Assembly (NCBI RefSeq): GCF_039654945.1
Contig: NW_027361819.1
Span: forward strand, 2,852,001 to 2,916,000
Length of the DNA: 64,000 nt
Origin: Dendrobates tinctorius
Taxonomy: Eukaryota
Direction: 5' to 3'
The notes under the pieces were generated by a model. It searched no databases, was not told where the DNA came from, and worked only from the letters and a program-made list of their open reading frames with translations. A program made the translations under genes and the position numbers. Below are positions 38,801 through 48,900 of the stretch, piece after piece; position 1 is the stretch's first letter; each line of letters opens with the position of its first letter.

Positions 38801-41800
38801 ACCCCCTGGCTCAGGGACGGTTTCAGCCAGGAAAGCCGACATCCTGTCCCGATCCAGATCCTTCTTTTCCAAGAGGTGTGAGTAGAAGGATCTGACTACC
38901 TCCAGGATCCCTGATTTGGATCTGTTCAGGGACCCCGTACTGTCGATCAGTCCTGTCACCATCTTACAATTCACTGACATCTTACAGTTTCTGTAAGGGT
39001 CGGGCGAGCGGTACTTCCCGAAGTCCCTCTCAAAAACCAAAGATGTGTGTCTATCATACTGACACCTCTTGAGCAAAGATTTCACTCTGGAGATTTCCTC
39101 TCGGTCACCTCCAGTCGAGACAAGCTGCTCGAGTTTCCTCCCCAGAGCCCGGTACAAGCGGTGCCTGTTCAGACTCCTGAGGCTCGAGAGCTGACGGAAG
39201 AACCCCGCCACCCGCTTTTTGAAGATCTCCCACCACTCTGACTTACTACTACAGAGATCCAACAGCGGTACCTGGCTCTGAAGAAAATCCTCGAAGGATT
39301 GTCTCACCTCCGCTTCTTCCAGCAGGGACGAATTGAGCTTCCACAGCCCTCTTCCCATCCGAGGAGTCTCTGCAACATTCAGAGAAAAGAAAATTAGACA
39401 GTGATCGGAGAACTCCACCTCAACGGCGGACACAGCAGAAAAGATGGCGTCCTCCTTCAAAAAAAACCTGTCTATTCTAGACCTACAGCTACCCCTATGG
39501 TAGGTGAAACCTCCGTGACCTGGGGTGTGCCGGATGTGGGCATCCACCAGGCGAGCTTCACTGGCTATGCTATTCAACGCGACGCTATCATAAGCCAGGC
39601 GATCTCCGGGACCCCCCCGGTCACGGGACCTCGTAACGGTGTTGAAGTCCCCACCGAAGACCACCTGTCGGCTCGTAAAAAGAAAGGGCTTGATCCTCAG
39701 GAAGAGACATTTGCGGTCCCACTTGGACTGCGGGCCGTAGATGTTGATGAGCCGGAGCTCTTGTCCCCTCATGAAGACATCTAGGATCAGGCACCTCCCC
39801 ATTTCCAACTCAGTAACCCGTCGGCATTCAACTGCTGCAGTCTTAAAAAGGACTGCCACCCCGCTATACGGCTCGGCCGCAAGAGACCAGTATGAGGGCC
39901 CGCACCTCCACTCCCTCCGTGCTTTATAGATGGCCCCCATGTCTGTTAGTCTGGTCTCTTGCAAAAATAAAATTTCTGCCTCAATCCGGGAGAAAAAATC
40001 AAAGGCCGTGAAACGAGCCGCATCTGACTTAATGCTGGCGACATTAATAGACGCCAGCGTCAACGGGGCGAGTTCCGCCATCATGGGTGATCGAGTTGGA
40101 TGGCCAATTTCTTCCCTACCCCGCTATTACCTCCTCCTGGGGAGGGGTCAGACACCTTCCTTTTCAGGGAAGCTCCCGACGTGTCCATCCCACCCCCCCG
40201 GTGTCCTCGCCCCCGGGTTCCAGGTCTGTCCCCCCCTCAGGAGGAGCAATGCCCCCTGAGGGACGGACTCCGCCATCCCCTGAAGGACCCTCCGGTGTTG
40301 CCCCCGGCCCAGTACCCTCGTCTTGCGGTTCATCATCTGAACCCCCGAGGGCGCTGAACCGGTTGGAGAGTCTGATCAGAGGGGGGTCAGCAGGCCCTTC
40401 CGTATGCACCCTTGTGGTCGGGGGCGGGGGGGACTTTGAAGGCTTGTCAGCCTTCCTCCCCACCGCTTTGCGCTTGGCACGCCTGGTTTTGCCACCTGGT
40501 GCTGTAGGCTGCTCTTGGACATCCTCATCAACACTTTCATACTGAGAGGAATTGCCCAAGTCAGCCGCTTTCTCCTCTCTCTCCATCCTCCTGATCTCCT
40601 CACTCACCGCACTCTCCCCCAGGGCCTCAGAGGCTTTGGCCACGGGCCTGGAGGGAGGAGCAGGCATCACCCCGGTTGCCCGAGGCTCCACCTGTCCCTT
40701 ACCTCCCTGGCGCTTTTCCTGCCTCCGCTGGTACGCGGGGCCCCTTGCAGCATTGCCCTTCCTCACTGGCCCCTCAGCCCTTCCCCCTTCGCCACCACCT
40801 GCCACAGCAGAAGCAGCGCCACCGGGGGTTGCCCCCCCGCGGTCTCCCCCCACCGGGCCTGTGGCGGCATTAGAGAAAGAGCGAGGGCAGCGGCTGAGAG
40901 GGTGACCCAGGTCACCACACAGGTGGCACCGAATGTCTTTGCACAAGGCAGCCAGGTGACCTACCCCACCACACAACGCGCACTTCTGCACCTTGCAGTT
41001 GGCGCTGAAGTGAGTGGGGTCGCCGCACTTGTGGCAGACCTTCGGTTGCCCCTGGTAGAAGACCAGGATCCTGTCCCTTCCCAGGAACGCCGAGGAAGGG
41101 ATGTGGGTGACCGTGCCGCCGGAAACCTTCAATTTGACCATGAAGGTCCAGCCCCCCGACCAGATGCCAAACTCGTCCCTGTTCTTTTTTGGGACCTCGG
41201 TGACCTCCCCGTAACGGGAAAGCCACGTCATGATGTCCACGCCTGCGAGTGACTCATTACATGTAACCACGGTCACTCGCTTGACGGAATTTTGGCGAGA
41301 CACCGCTTGAGCCACGAAGTCTCGCCATCCGGGCTCTTCTCGCACCAGCTCGTAGTTTGACCAGAAGAGCTCAAGCCCCTCTGGCCGCACGAAGCTGACG
41401 TCGAAGAAGCGGGACGCCGAAGGATGTATCAGGGCAAAGATGTCATTCGCCCCAAAGCCCATCTTAAGGAGGAGCTCCACCACCCTGCTCCTAGGTGGAC
41501 AAGCTTCACTGCCCCCCCACCTAAGACGGACCACATTCCTTCTTGGCGGCCCCTGCCCGGCTGTGGGGAGAGACCAAACAGTCCCTCCCTCCCTTTGATT
41601 TTGGAAGGCTGCTAGGCCATGTCTCTCTATCCAGAAAGACAGGTCCACTGTCCTCCCCTCTACCATGATCGATCTTTCTCCCCTTTGGAGGGCCTCCAGG
41701 AAACGGCGGTGCAAACCGCCGTCCCCGGAGCCCGGAGGCGAGGAGACCCCCCCGGAACCACCCCGACCCCCAGCCGCGACCCCCGCATAATTACGTTGGG

Positions 41801-44800
41801 GCCTCGCGGCTGGGGGGGCAGACGGGCCAGCCCTCCCACCACTACCACCACTTGTGCCAGCACCCTCATTCATTCTCCCGTTCACTCTTTTATTATTTCC
41901 ACTCGCTCCGGCACTCACTCCAGCATTTACTGCCACATTCACACTCGCACTCACTCCCTCATCCATATCGCTCACATCACCATTTATGTCCTCAAACAGC
42001 TCTTCAAAAATATCTCCTATCTCACTCCCACTCTCACTTCCAGATAGACCACTATTTACATTAGCAGACTTGGTGTTGCAGTACCCCTGCCTGCCTGCTG
42101 GGGGCCCTGACTGGCCAGTGCTCTGCTCCTTGGAGCTGCTGGCACTGCTCCAACTCTTGTCCAGGAGTGCCGCTGCCCCTTTAAATACCTCCGAGCAGAG
42201 CGCACTCAGTACGCCCTGCCCGAGCCTGGGAGCAGCAGCAGCTCCTGGGTTCTCTGGCTCCACTTTTTTTTCTTTTTGTGGTGTCTTTGCACTGAGGACA
42301 GGGACGGCCACTGCCACCGCACCCTGCCCTCTGCTGTTCGCCCCCGCCGGCTTCCCAAGGAGCGCCAGAGCCCCCGCACCACCAGATGGAGGTAAGCGGG
42401 CTGGGGACCCCGACAACTCCCTACCGACTTTTGGGGGCACTATGCTGCTTGAGGGGGTAGGCGGGACAGGAGGCAGTGGGCCCGCCAAGGCCACGCCCCC
42501 CCCGCCGGCCGCAGCCACCCCGGGCAGAGCAGTGACCCCTTGCGAGGCCACGCCCTCCCCAGGTGACGCGGGCACAGCGGGCGGGACAGCGGCCGAGGAG
42601 GACACGCCCCCCCGCATGCCGCAGCCTTTGCAGGCTGGGAAACACTCGGGGAGGCCACGCACCCCTCACGGACTGTCACTGCGCCCCTGAACCCACCACT
42701 TGATGTTGGCAGGGCTGGCCACTCCCCCTCGTCGCCCAGCGGCGGCGGTGCCCCCAGCACGGACCCCTTTTTGGGTCTACGCGCCGGGGACCCCGCTCTT
42801 GCCACGGGCGCCGTCAGAGGAGCTACCAGCCCCTTGCATTTTTTTAGCTGCTGCTTCACAGCAGCCTCCACGCCCTTTCTAGGTCTCTGGACCCCCATAA
42901 GTGGACCAGACTTAACGGACCCGTGCGTGGGGGATCCAGAGACCCCAGCACTCACCGCCGGAGGTGCGGTCCTGGCTGTACCCGTGCTGAGCGCCAGGCC
43001 AGCCCCCCCTGCCACCGGGGACTGAGCCCGGACACCACTACTGCCAATACCGCCAGCGGCTGTTACACCACTGGCACCAGCACCGACCTCCATGTCGCTG
43101 CCTGAACCCTCACCGCCACCACCAGATGTGACGGTAAGGTCCAGGCACACATCACTCTGCCCGCGCCCCCGCTGCGGACCCACCACAGGGCCCGAGCCGG
43201 GGTGGGCAGCGGGTTCCATACAGCGGGACAGAGGGGCCCCGGAAAGAGGGTCAAACATAAGTTTGTCAGCCACGGTGTTTTTTGGCTTGCGCTTGTTTTT
43301 TTTCTTTTTCCTCTTTCCGGTTGCCTCGTCCTCAGGGCAGACCTCATCCCCAAAGAGCAGTGTGCCAAACCGCTCTGGGGACTCGATCCGCCTCACCTGT
43401 TGTAGGACGAGGCAGCCCCCCTCACTACTACTGTCCCCACTCCCACCAGCCTCCCCCTCGCCCCCACTTTCCTCCGAGTAACTGGAGTCCGGTGGGAGAG
43501 CCACTTGCTCAGGGGCCACCCCGCTGCATGTTACCTGGGTGTTGTTGCTCACCAGGCCTTCAGGTGGGGCAGGCGTAGATGTTCCGCCATCCTCCTCCTC
43601 CTCTTGGCCCTCCACCTGGCAGGGGCCTCCCGACCCCCCAGGAGACCCTCCGGTCATGGCTCTAAACCGGTCATCGTTTTTCAGTTTCTCTGCAAAGGGG
43701 CCGCTCCCACTCAGGATAGCCGCCCGTATCTCCTCCAAGGCCCTGATAGCCCCCTTCAGCCTCTCCACCGTGGCGGAGACCTCAGCTCGTCTCGAGGCGG
43801 GGAGCCGGTTCTTAGCCACCGCTCGTGCTCCCCTTAACTCCTCCCGGAGTTTTCTCAGCTGTTTGGCGGCCTCCTCATATTCGCAGAGGTGCGCATGGAT
43901 GCGGGAGGCGTAGATGGTGGATGGCTCTCCCTCAGCTCTGGAGCCCCAGATGTTGGGGGGCTCTGCCACTGCACCTCTGCTCTGGGCCGCCACTCCTCCG
44001 GGAGGAGGAGCCGCCACGGTACCAGCTTCGGGGGGCCCGGTGTCCCGGGGCTCCTGGGTCCTGCGACCCCCTCTCTCCTGGCTCCGTCTCTTCCCCATCT
44101 CCCTGGGACTGGCTGGCTGCACCCTGGCCTCCGGATGGTGCTGAGGCCCCCCACCCCCAGCTGGCTTGCCGGGGGATGGGAGCCAGGGGCACAGCCCCGG
44201 CGCTCAGTCCCAGGGAAAGTCCTCTTTCCTGGGAAGGGGGCAGATGGAAAGTCCTTGCTGGAAAAAAACCTCCCTTCCCAGGAGCTTAGCAAGGCCCTAG
44301 CCTGCAGACGCTCAGCACAGATGCTCCTCCTCTTCCTGGGCGTGCTCTATCCTCCAGTCACCTCCAGAGCAGCGGTCACTATTCTGCTGCGACATCGTGT
44401 CTTATCCTCCAGTCACCTCCAGAGCTGCACTCACTATTCTGCTATTACATCGTATATTATCCTCCAGTCACCTCCAGAGCTGCAGTCACTATTCTGCCGT
44501 TACATCGTGTCTTACCCTCCAGTCACCTCCAGAGCTGCAGTCACTATTCTGCCGTTACATCGTGTCTTATCCTCCAGTCACCTCCAGAGCTGCGGTCACT
44601 AATCTGCTGTTACATCGTGTCTCATCCTCCAGTCACCTCCAGAGCTGCGGTCACCCACAGTGATAGCATACGGTTACATGCTCTGTACAGACAAGGAACC
44701 AGCAGGTGGCACCAAGGAGTGAACTATAAAGTTGCAGATTTGCGGCTGCAGCTTTGAGTGTGACTGGAGAGATTTCTTTGCAGCATTTCATGTCGCTTTC

Positions 44801-45521
44801 TGGTTGTAGCTGAGATACTCACAGGCGGCAGAAGATGTGATACAAGAGGAGGATGATGAACGCCAGCAGCGCGCCCAGCAGCACGATCCGCAGGATCTGG
44901 GCCTCCGTCACTAGAGGACACGGAGCTCACATCATCCCCAGCAACAACTCCACCAATCATGTACCCCGAGATCTACTCCAACCCCCAACATCCCTGAAGG
45001 CTCTACAATGGGCTCCTGTTGTTCCTGGGAAACCAATATGGCCACCATCAGGGCTCCTCGGGGGCCGTCCCCGGACAAGAGGGCGGAGCTTCACCTCTGT
45101 GCTAACCAGTCACAGTGCTGGGCAGGATAATGACGGCCATGTTGGTGGCCTCTGGGAGTTAACCCTTCATATTCCAGGGGGGGTACCTCTAGTTTCCAGT
45201 GAGGAGACTTCTCCGATGATGCCGGAGATCTCAGCAGCTTTAATTTTGTCATCATCAGCGTAGTCAAAAAACAGGGCGGTGCGGGGGGTGACGCCAGAAG
45301 CCTGGGGGGTGACGCTGGGGGACGCCGCGGGGTGCGAGACTGTACGAGGACGCGCCGTGCCTGTAAGAGGAAGCAGCGGCGACATTGACCAGACCGGCGG
45401 CCATTATGACATATACTGACCCCCTATGTGTGGGGGATCGGGGCGGAGCACGAGGGTCACCTGCAATCACTGTGAGGGACACCGACAGCAGCCACCAGCA
45501 GAGGGCGACACTCGCTTCCAT
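35119..45521 (-). CDS. fimp1: Candidate FIMP / C16orf92 orthologue: 114-aa type I single-pass membrane protein, 4 exons
   Basis: Exons 45521-45461 (MEASVALCWWLLSVSLTVIA, signal peptide), 45360-45187 (GTARPRT...RTALFFDYADDDKIKAAEISGIIGEVSSLETR), 44910-44823 (VTEAQILRIVLLGALLAFIILLLYHIFCR, TM) and 35140-35119 (LFCAFGV*). All introns are GT-AG, phases 1,1,2 join in frame, total 345 nt. Resembles human C16orf92 as recalled (FFDYPDSDQARLLAVAQFIGE, TM, FCTHINCQKGA*) and is convergent with tlcd3b. Confidence 0.8.
35238..35467. repeat. 55-bp tandem repeat, left block (target of the Tx1 insertion)
   Basis: Unit tcctccagtcacctccagagctgcagtcactattctgctgttacatcgtgtctta. Confidence 0.85.
36692..40084 (-). 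CDS. Tx1 ORF2: APE endonuclease + reverse transcriptase + C-terminal zinc finger, 1130 aa, uninterrupted
   Basis: LFLQET, GGDFN, SRIDRF, FSDH (endonuclease); KSPGPDG, NWRPIALL, DQAKAFDRV, GVRQGCPLSP, YADD (RT); CPREECGDVLESMEHFLLHC. Confidence 0.95.
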   Translation of the reverse strand: MMAELAPLTLASINVASIKSDAARFTAFDFFSRIEAEILFLQETRLTDMGAIYKARREWRCGPSYWSLAAEPYSGVAVLFKTAAVECRRVTELEMGRCLILDVFMRGQELRLINIYGPQSKWDRKCLFLRIKPFLFTSRQVVFGGDFNTVTRSRDRGGPGDRLAYDSVALNSIASEARLVDAHIRHTPGHGGFTYHRGSCRSRIDRFFLKEDAIFSAVSAVEVEFSDHCLIFFSLNVAETPRMGRGLWKLNSSLLEEAEVRQSFEDFLQSQVPLLDLCSSKSEWWEIFKKRVAGFFRQLSSLRSLNRHRLYRALGRKLEQLVSTGGDREEISRVKSLLKRCQYDRHTSLVFERDFGKYRSPDPYRNCKMSVNCKMVTGLIDSTGSLNRSKSGILEVVRSFYSHLLEKKDLDRDRMSAFLAETVPEPGGDPSLGVLAEEIREEEVRLAIDGLRLKKSPGPDGLTSEFYKTFRDSLVPLLTGVFNECLSSGTLPGSMRKSALIILSKGKDPSRIENWRPIALLDTDRKVLAKVLFNRLVKFAPRLLSGAQHCSVPGRSTFSAVLGVREAVEQGRAGHWKGYLLSLDQAKAFDRVNHEYLWSVLLRYGLPGRFVKWLEILYQGAETFPLVNGWSGRPFEVGSGVRQGCPLSPLLYVFAIDPFLRRVDRGPLAGVGMDRAGSGSSLRVVAYADDVSLFVSSRGEADWVMSEVVRYSEASGSMINRDKCESLWLGGGDPSFDLPDTLPGPQATAKILGIEFGPGDYPQQNWEGRLKIATQKVDQWKGWSLTLRERVALAKGYLLPLLIYLGSVCILPEPLWTRVYSLFFQLLWGNRLNLIKREVTYRTRRLGGLGMVNPVVFLVNTFLKTNISNLWLERAPLWVVSCKGWLWPFFQEWETGGRVKDLRTPHGHLPAYATPVLKVIRRWGLGMWEIRTMSRQCLDRRVLLTHFQKPLALKDCPGRDLEVGLGLLNSKRIPMKFWDLTWRCFHGRLYVRDNLKCRKSDDRGCPREECGDVLESMEHFLLHCPFNAEVYNRVGASIRWPRLASLSYAEWAYGAFRSLGGRDPCTLFLVSAAVRFHTWNARCLVTTRKKTLPRDEVVGNILGDLVKVRSLEFERLGVRKASWLWRGLSF
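40081..44122 (-). CDS. Tx1 ORF1 (coiled coil, low-complexity linker, three CCHC knuckles), broken by two apparent 1-nt deletions in G7 runs
   Basis: Track ORFs 42440-44122 and 40164-42662 overlap in a -1 frame relation. Knuckles CHKCGDPTHFSANC, CALCGGVGHLAALC, CHLCGDLGHPLSRC. Adding one G at 42607-42613 and one at 40193-40199 gives a single ORF ending at TGA 40083-40081. Confidence 0.75.
44348..44655. repeat. 55-bp tandem repeat, right block
   Basis: Continuation of the unit at 35238-35467. Confidence 0.88.
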
Positions 45522-45544
45522 CTTCCTGTGGATTCTGCTCCTTC

Positions 45545-45660
45545 ACCACAGTGACATCACAGAGCAATGTGTGACATCATCACTGGCTGGGGGCGGAGAC
45601 CATGGCGACCAATGGAGCGCTCTGGAGTGGGCGGGGCTAGGGGCGGGGCAAAATTGTGAC
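45545..45660 (-). promoter_or_regulatory. Putative proximal promoter of the FIMP-like gene
   Basis: TGACATCA twice (45552-45559, 45572-45579), X-box-like gagaccatggcgac (45596-45609), CCAAT (45609-45613) and three GGGCGG boxes within 130 bp of the ATG. Confidence 0.55.
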
Positions 45661-45959
45661 ATTTATGCCAGAAAAGCCCATCACAGAGCATCTGACGCCG
45701 CGGCGGACGGAGCCGCAGTCCCGGTGTTTTCCCCTCGCCCGGTGACACCGCTTTCTACATTAGTAAGACCTGTCAGTGATTGTAAGCTAAGCAGCGTTCA
45801 CCCGGACCCGTCCTGCTGCCGCAGCTGAGGGCTCGTCACCATGTAGGAGTCTGGGTCTGGTACAAGGTGACGAACCCGCAGCAGTGAGTTGCATCAGGTC
45901 CGGGCAGGTTTCCAGCTATTGGATGGAAAGGGCACGCCGATTACTGGTGTCATTACTTA

Positions 45960-48900
45960 CACACAGGACGCCCCCGTACACAGGATACTCGGCCCCCGCA
46001 CACAGGACACTCCGCCCCTGTACACAGGACGCCCCGCCCCCGCACACAGGACACTCCGCCCCCGCACACAGGACGCCCCGCCCCCGCACACAGGACACTC
46101 CGCCCCCGCACACAGGACACTCCGCCCCTGTACACAGGACGCCCCGCCCCCGCACACAGGACACTCCGCCCCCGCACACAGGACACTCCGCCCCTGTACA
46201 CAGGACGCCCCGCCCCCATACACAGGACACCCCGCCCCCACACACAGGACACTCTGCCCCCGTACACAGGACACCCCGCCCACAGGACACTCCGCCCCCG
46301 TACATAGGACGCCCCGCCCCCGCACACAGGACACTCCGCCCCCGTACACAGGACGCCCTGCCCCCGCACACAGGACGCTCCACCCCCGCACACAGGATGC
46401 TCCGCCCCCCGCACACAGGACACTCCGCCCCCGCACACAGGATGCCCCACCCTCATACACAGGATGCCCCGCCCCCGCACACAGGATGCCCCACCCCCAT
46501 ACACAGGACACCCCGCCCACAGGACACTCCGCCCCCGCACATAGGACGCCCCGCCCACACACACAGGATGCCCCGCCCCCGCACACAGGACACTCCGACC
46601 CTGCACACAGGACACTCCGCCCCTGCACACAGGACACTCCGCCCCCGCACACAGGATACTCCACCCTCATACACAGGACGCCCCACCCTCATACACAGGA
46701 TGCCCCGCCCCCGCACACAGGACACTCCGCCCTCATACACAGGACGCCCCACCCTCATACACAGGACACCCCGCACACAGGACACTCCGCCCTCATACAC
46801 AGGACGCCCCCGTTCACAGGATGCCCCACCCCCGCACACAGGACACTCCGCCCCCGCACACAGGACACTCCGCCCCTGTACACAGGACGCCCCGCACCCA
46901 TACACAGGACAACCCGCCCCCGCACACAGGACACTCTGCCCCCGTACACAGGACACCCCGCCCACAGGACACTCCGCCCCCGTACATAGGACGCCCCGCC
47001 CCCGCACACAGGACACTCCGCCCCCGTACACAGGACGCCCTGCCCCCGCACACAGGATGCTCCGCCCCACGCACACAGGACACTCCGCCCCTGCACACAG
47101 GACACTCCGCCCCCGCACACAGGATACTCCACCCTCATACACAGGACGCCCCACCCTCATACACAGGATGCCCCGCCCCCGCACACAGGACACTCCGCCC
47201 TCATACACAGGACGCCCCACCCTCATACACAGGACACCCCGCACACAGGACACTCCGCCCTCATACACAGGACGCCCCCGTTCACAGGATGCCCCGCCCC
47301 CGCACACAGGACACTCCGCCCCCGCACACAGGACACTCCGCCCCCGTACACAGGACGCCCCGCCCCCATACACAGGACACCCCGCCCCCGCACACAGGAC
47401 ACTCTGCCCCCGTACACAGGACACCCCGCCCACAGGACACTCCGCCCCCGTACATAGGACGCCCCGCCCCCGCACACAGGACACTCCGCCCCCGTACACA
47501 GGACGCCCCGCCCCCGCACACAGGACGCTCCGCCCCCGCACACAGGATGCTCCGCCCCACGCACACAGGACACTCCGCCCCCCGCACACAGGACACTCCG
47601 CCCCCGCACACAGGATGCCCCACCCTCATACACAGGATGCCCCGCCCCCGCACACAGGACACTCCGCCCCCGCACACAGGACACCCCGCCCACAGGACAC
47701 TCCGCCCCCGCACATAGGACGCCCCGCCCCCACACACAGGACGCCCCTGCACACAGGACACTCCGCCCCTGCACACAGGACACTCCGCCCCTGCACACAG
47801 GACACTCCGCCCCCGCACACAGGATACTCCACCCTCATACACAGGACGCCCCACCCTCATACACAGGATGCCCCGCCCCCGCACACAGGACACTCCGCCC
47901 TCATACACAGGACGCCCCACCCTCATACACAGGACACCCCGCACACAGGACACTCCGCCCTCATACACAGGACGCCCCCGTTCACAGGATGCCCCGCCCC
48001 CGCACACAGGACACTCCGCCCTCATACACAGGACGCCCCCGTACACAGGACGCCCCGCCCCCGCACACAGGACACTCCGCCCTCATACACAGGACACCCC
48101 CGTACACAGGATGCCCCCGCCCCCGCACACAGGACACTCCGCCCTCATACACAGGACGCCCCACCCTCCCGCTCACAGGATGCCCTGCCCCCCGCACACA
48201 GGACACTCCGCCCCCGCACACAGGACGCTCCCGCACACAGGATACTCCACCCTCATACACAGGATGCCCCGCCCTCGCACACAGGACACCCCCGCCCCCC
48301 CGCACACAGGACACTCCGCCCCCGTACACAGGACGCCCCGCCCCCGCACACAGGACACTCTGCCCCCGCACACAGGACGCCCCCGCACACAGGATACTCC
48401 ACCCTCATACACAGGACGCCCCACCCTCATACACAGGATGCCCCGCCCCCGCACACAGGACACTCCGCCCTCATACACAGGACGCCCCCGTACACAGGAT
48501 GCCCCGCCCCCACACACAGGACACTCCGCCCTCATACACAGGACGCCCCCGTACACAGGACGCCCCGCCCCCGCACACAGGACACTCCGCCCTCATACAC
48601 AGGACGCCCCCGTACACAGGATGCCCCCGCCCCCGCACACAGGACACTCCGCCCTCATACACAGGACGCCCCCGTACACAGGACACTCCGCCCTCATACA
48701 CAGGACGCCCCCGCACACAGGACACTCCGCCCTCATACACAGGACGCCCCCGTACACAAGACACCCCCGCCCCCGCACACAGGACACTCCGCCCTCATAC
48801 ACAGGACGCCCCACCCTCCCGCTCACAGGATGCCCTGCCCCCCGCACACAGGATACTCCGCCCTCATACACAGGACACCCCGCACACAGGACACTCCGCC

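Larger units (their letters stand above)
35468..44347 (-). mobile_element. Full-length Tx1-clade (L1 group) non-LTR retrotransposon, 8880 bp
   Basis: 9-bp TSD tatcctcca at 35459-35467 and 44348-44356. Contains a 5' UTR, ORF1, ORF2 and a 3' UTR of about 1.2 kb ending aataaaagagt with no poly(A) tail. Confidence 0.93.

Noticed and set aside
40860-41560. Host ZCCHC3-like gene
   Set aside because: The triple CCHC region lies within ORF1 of a TSD-bounded Tx1 element, directly upstream of ORF2.
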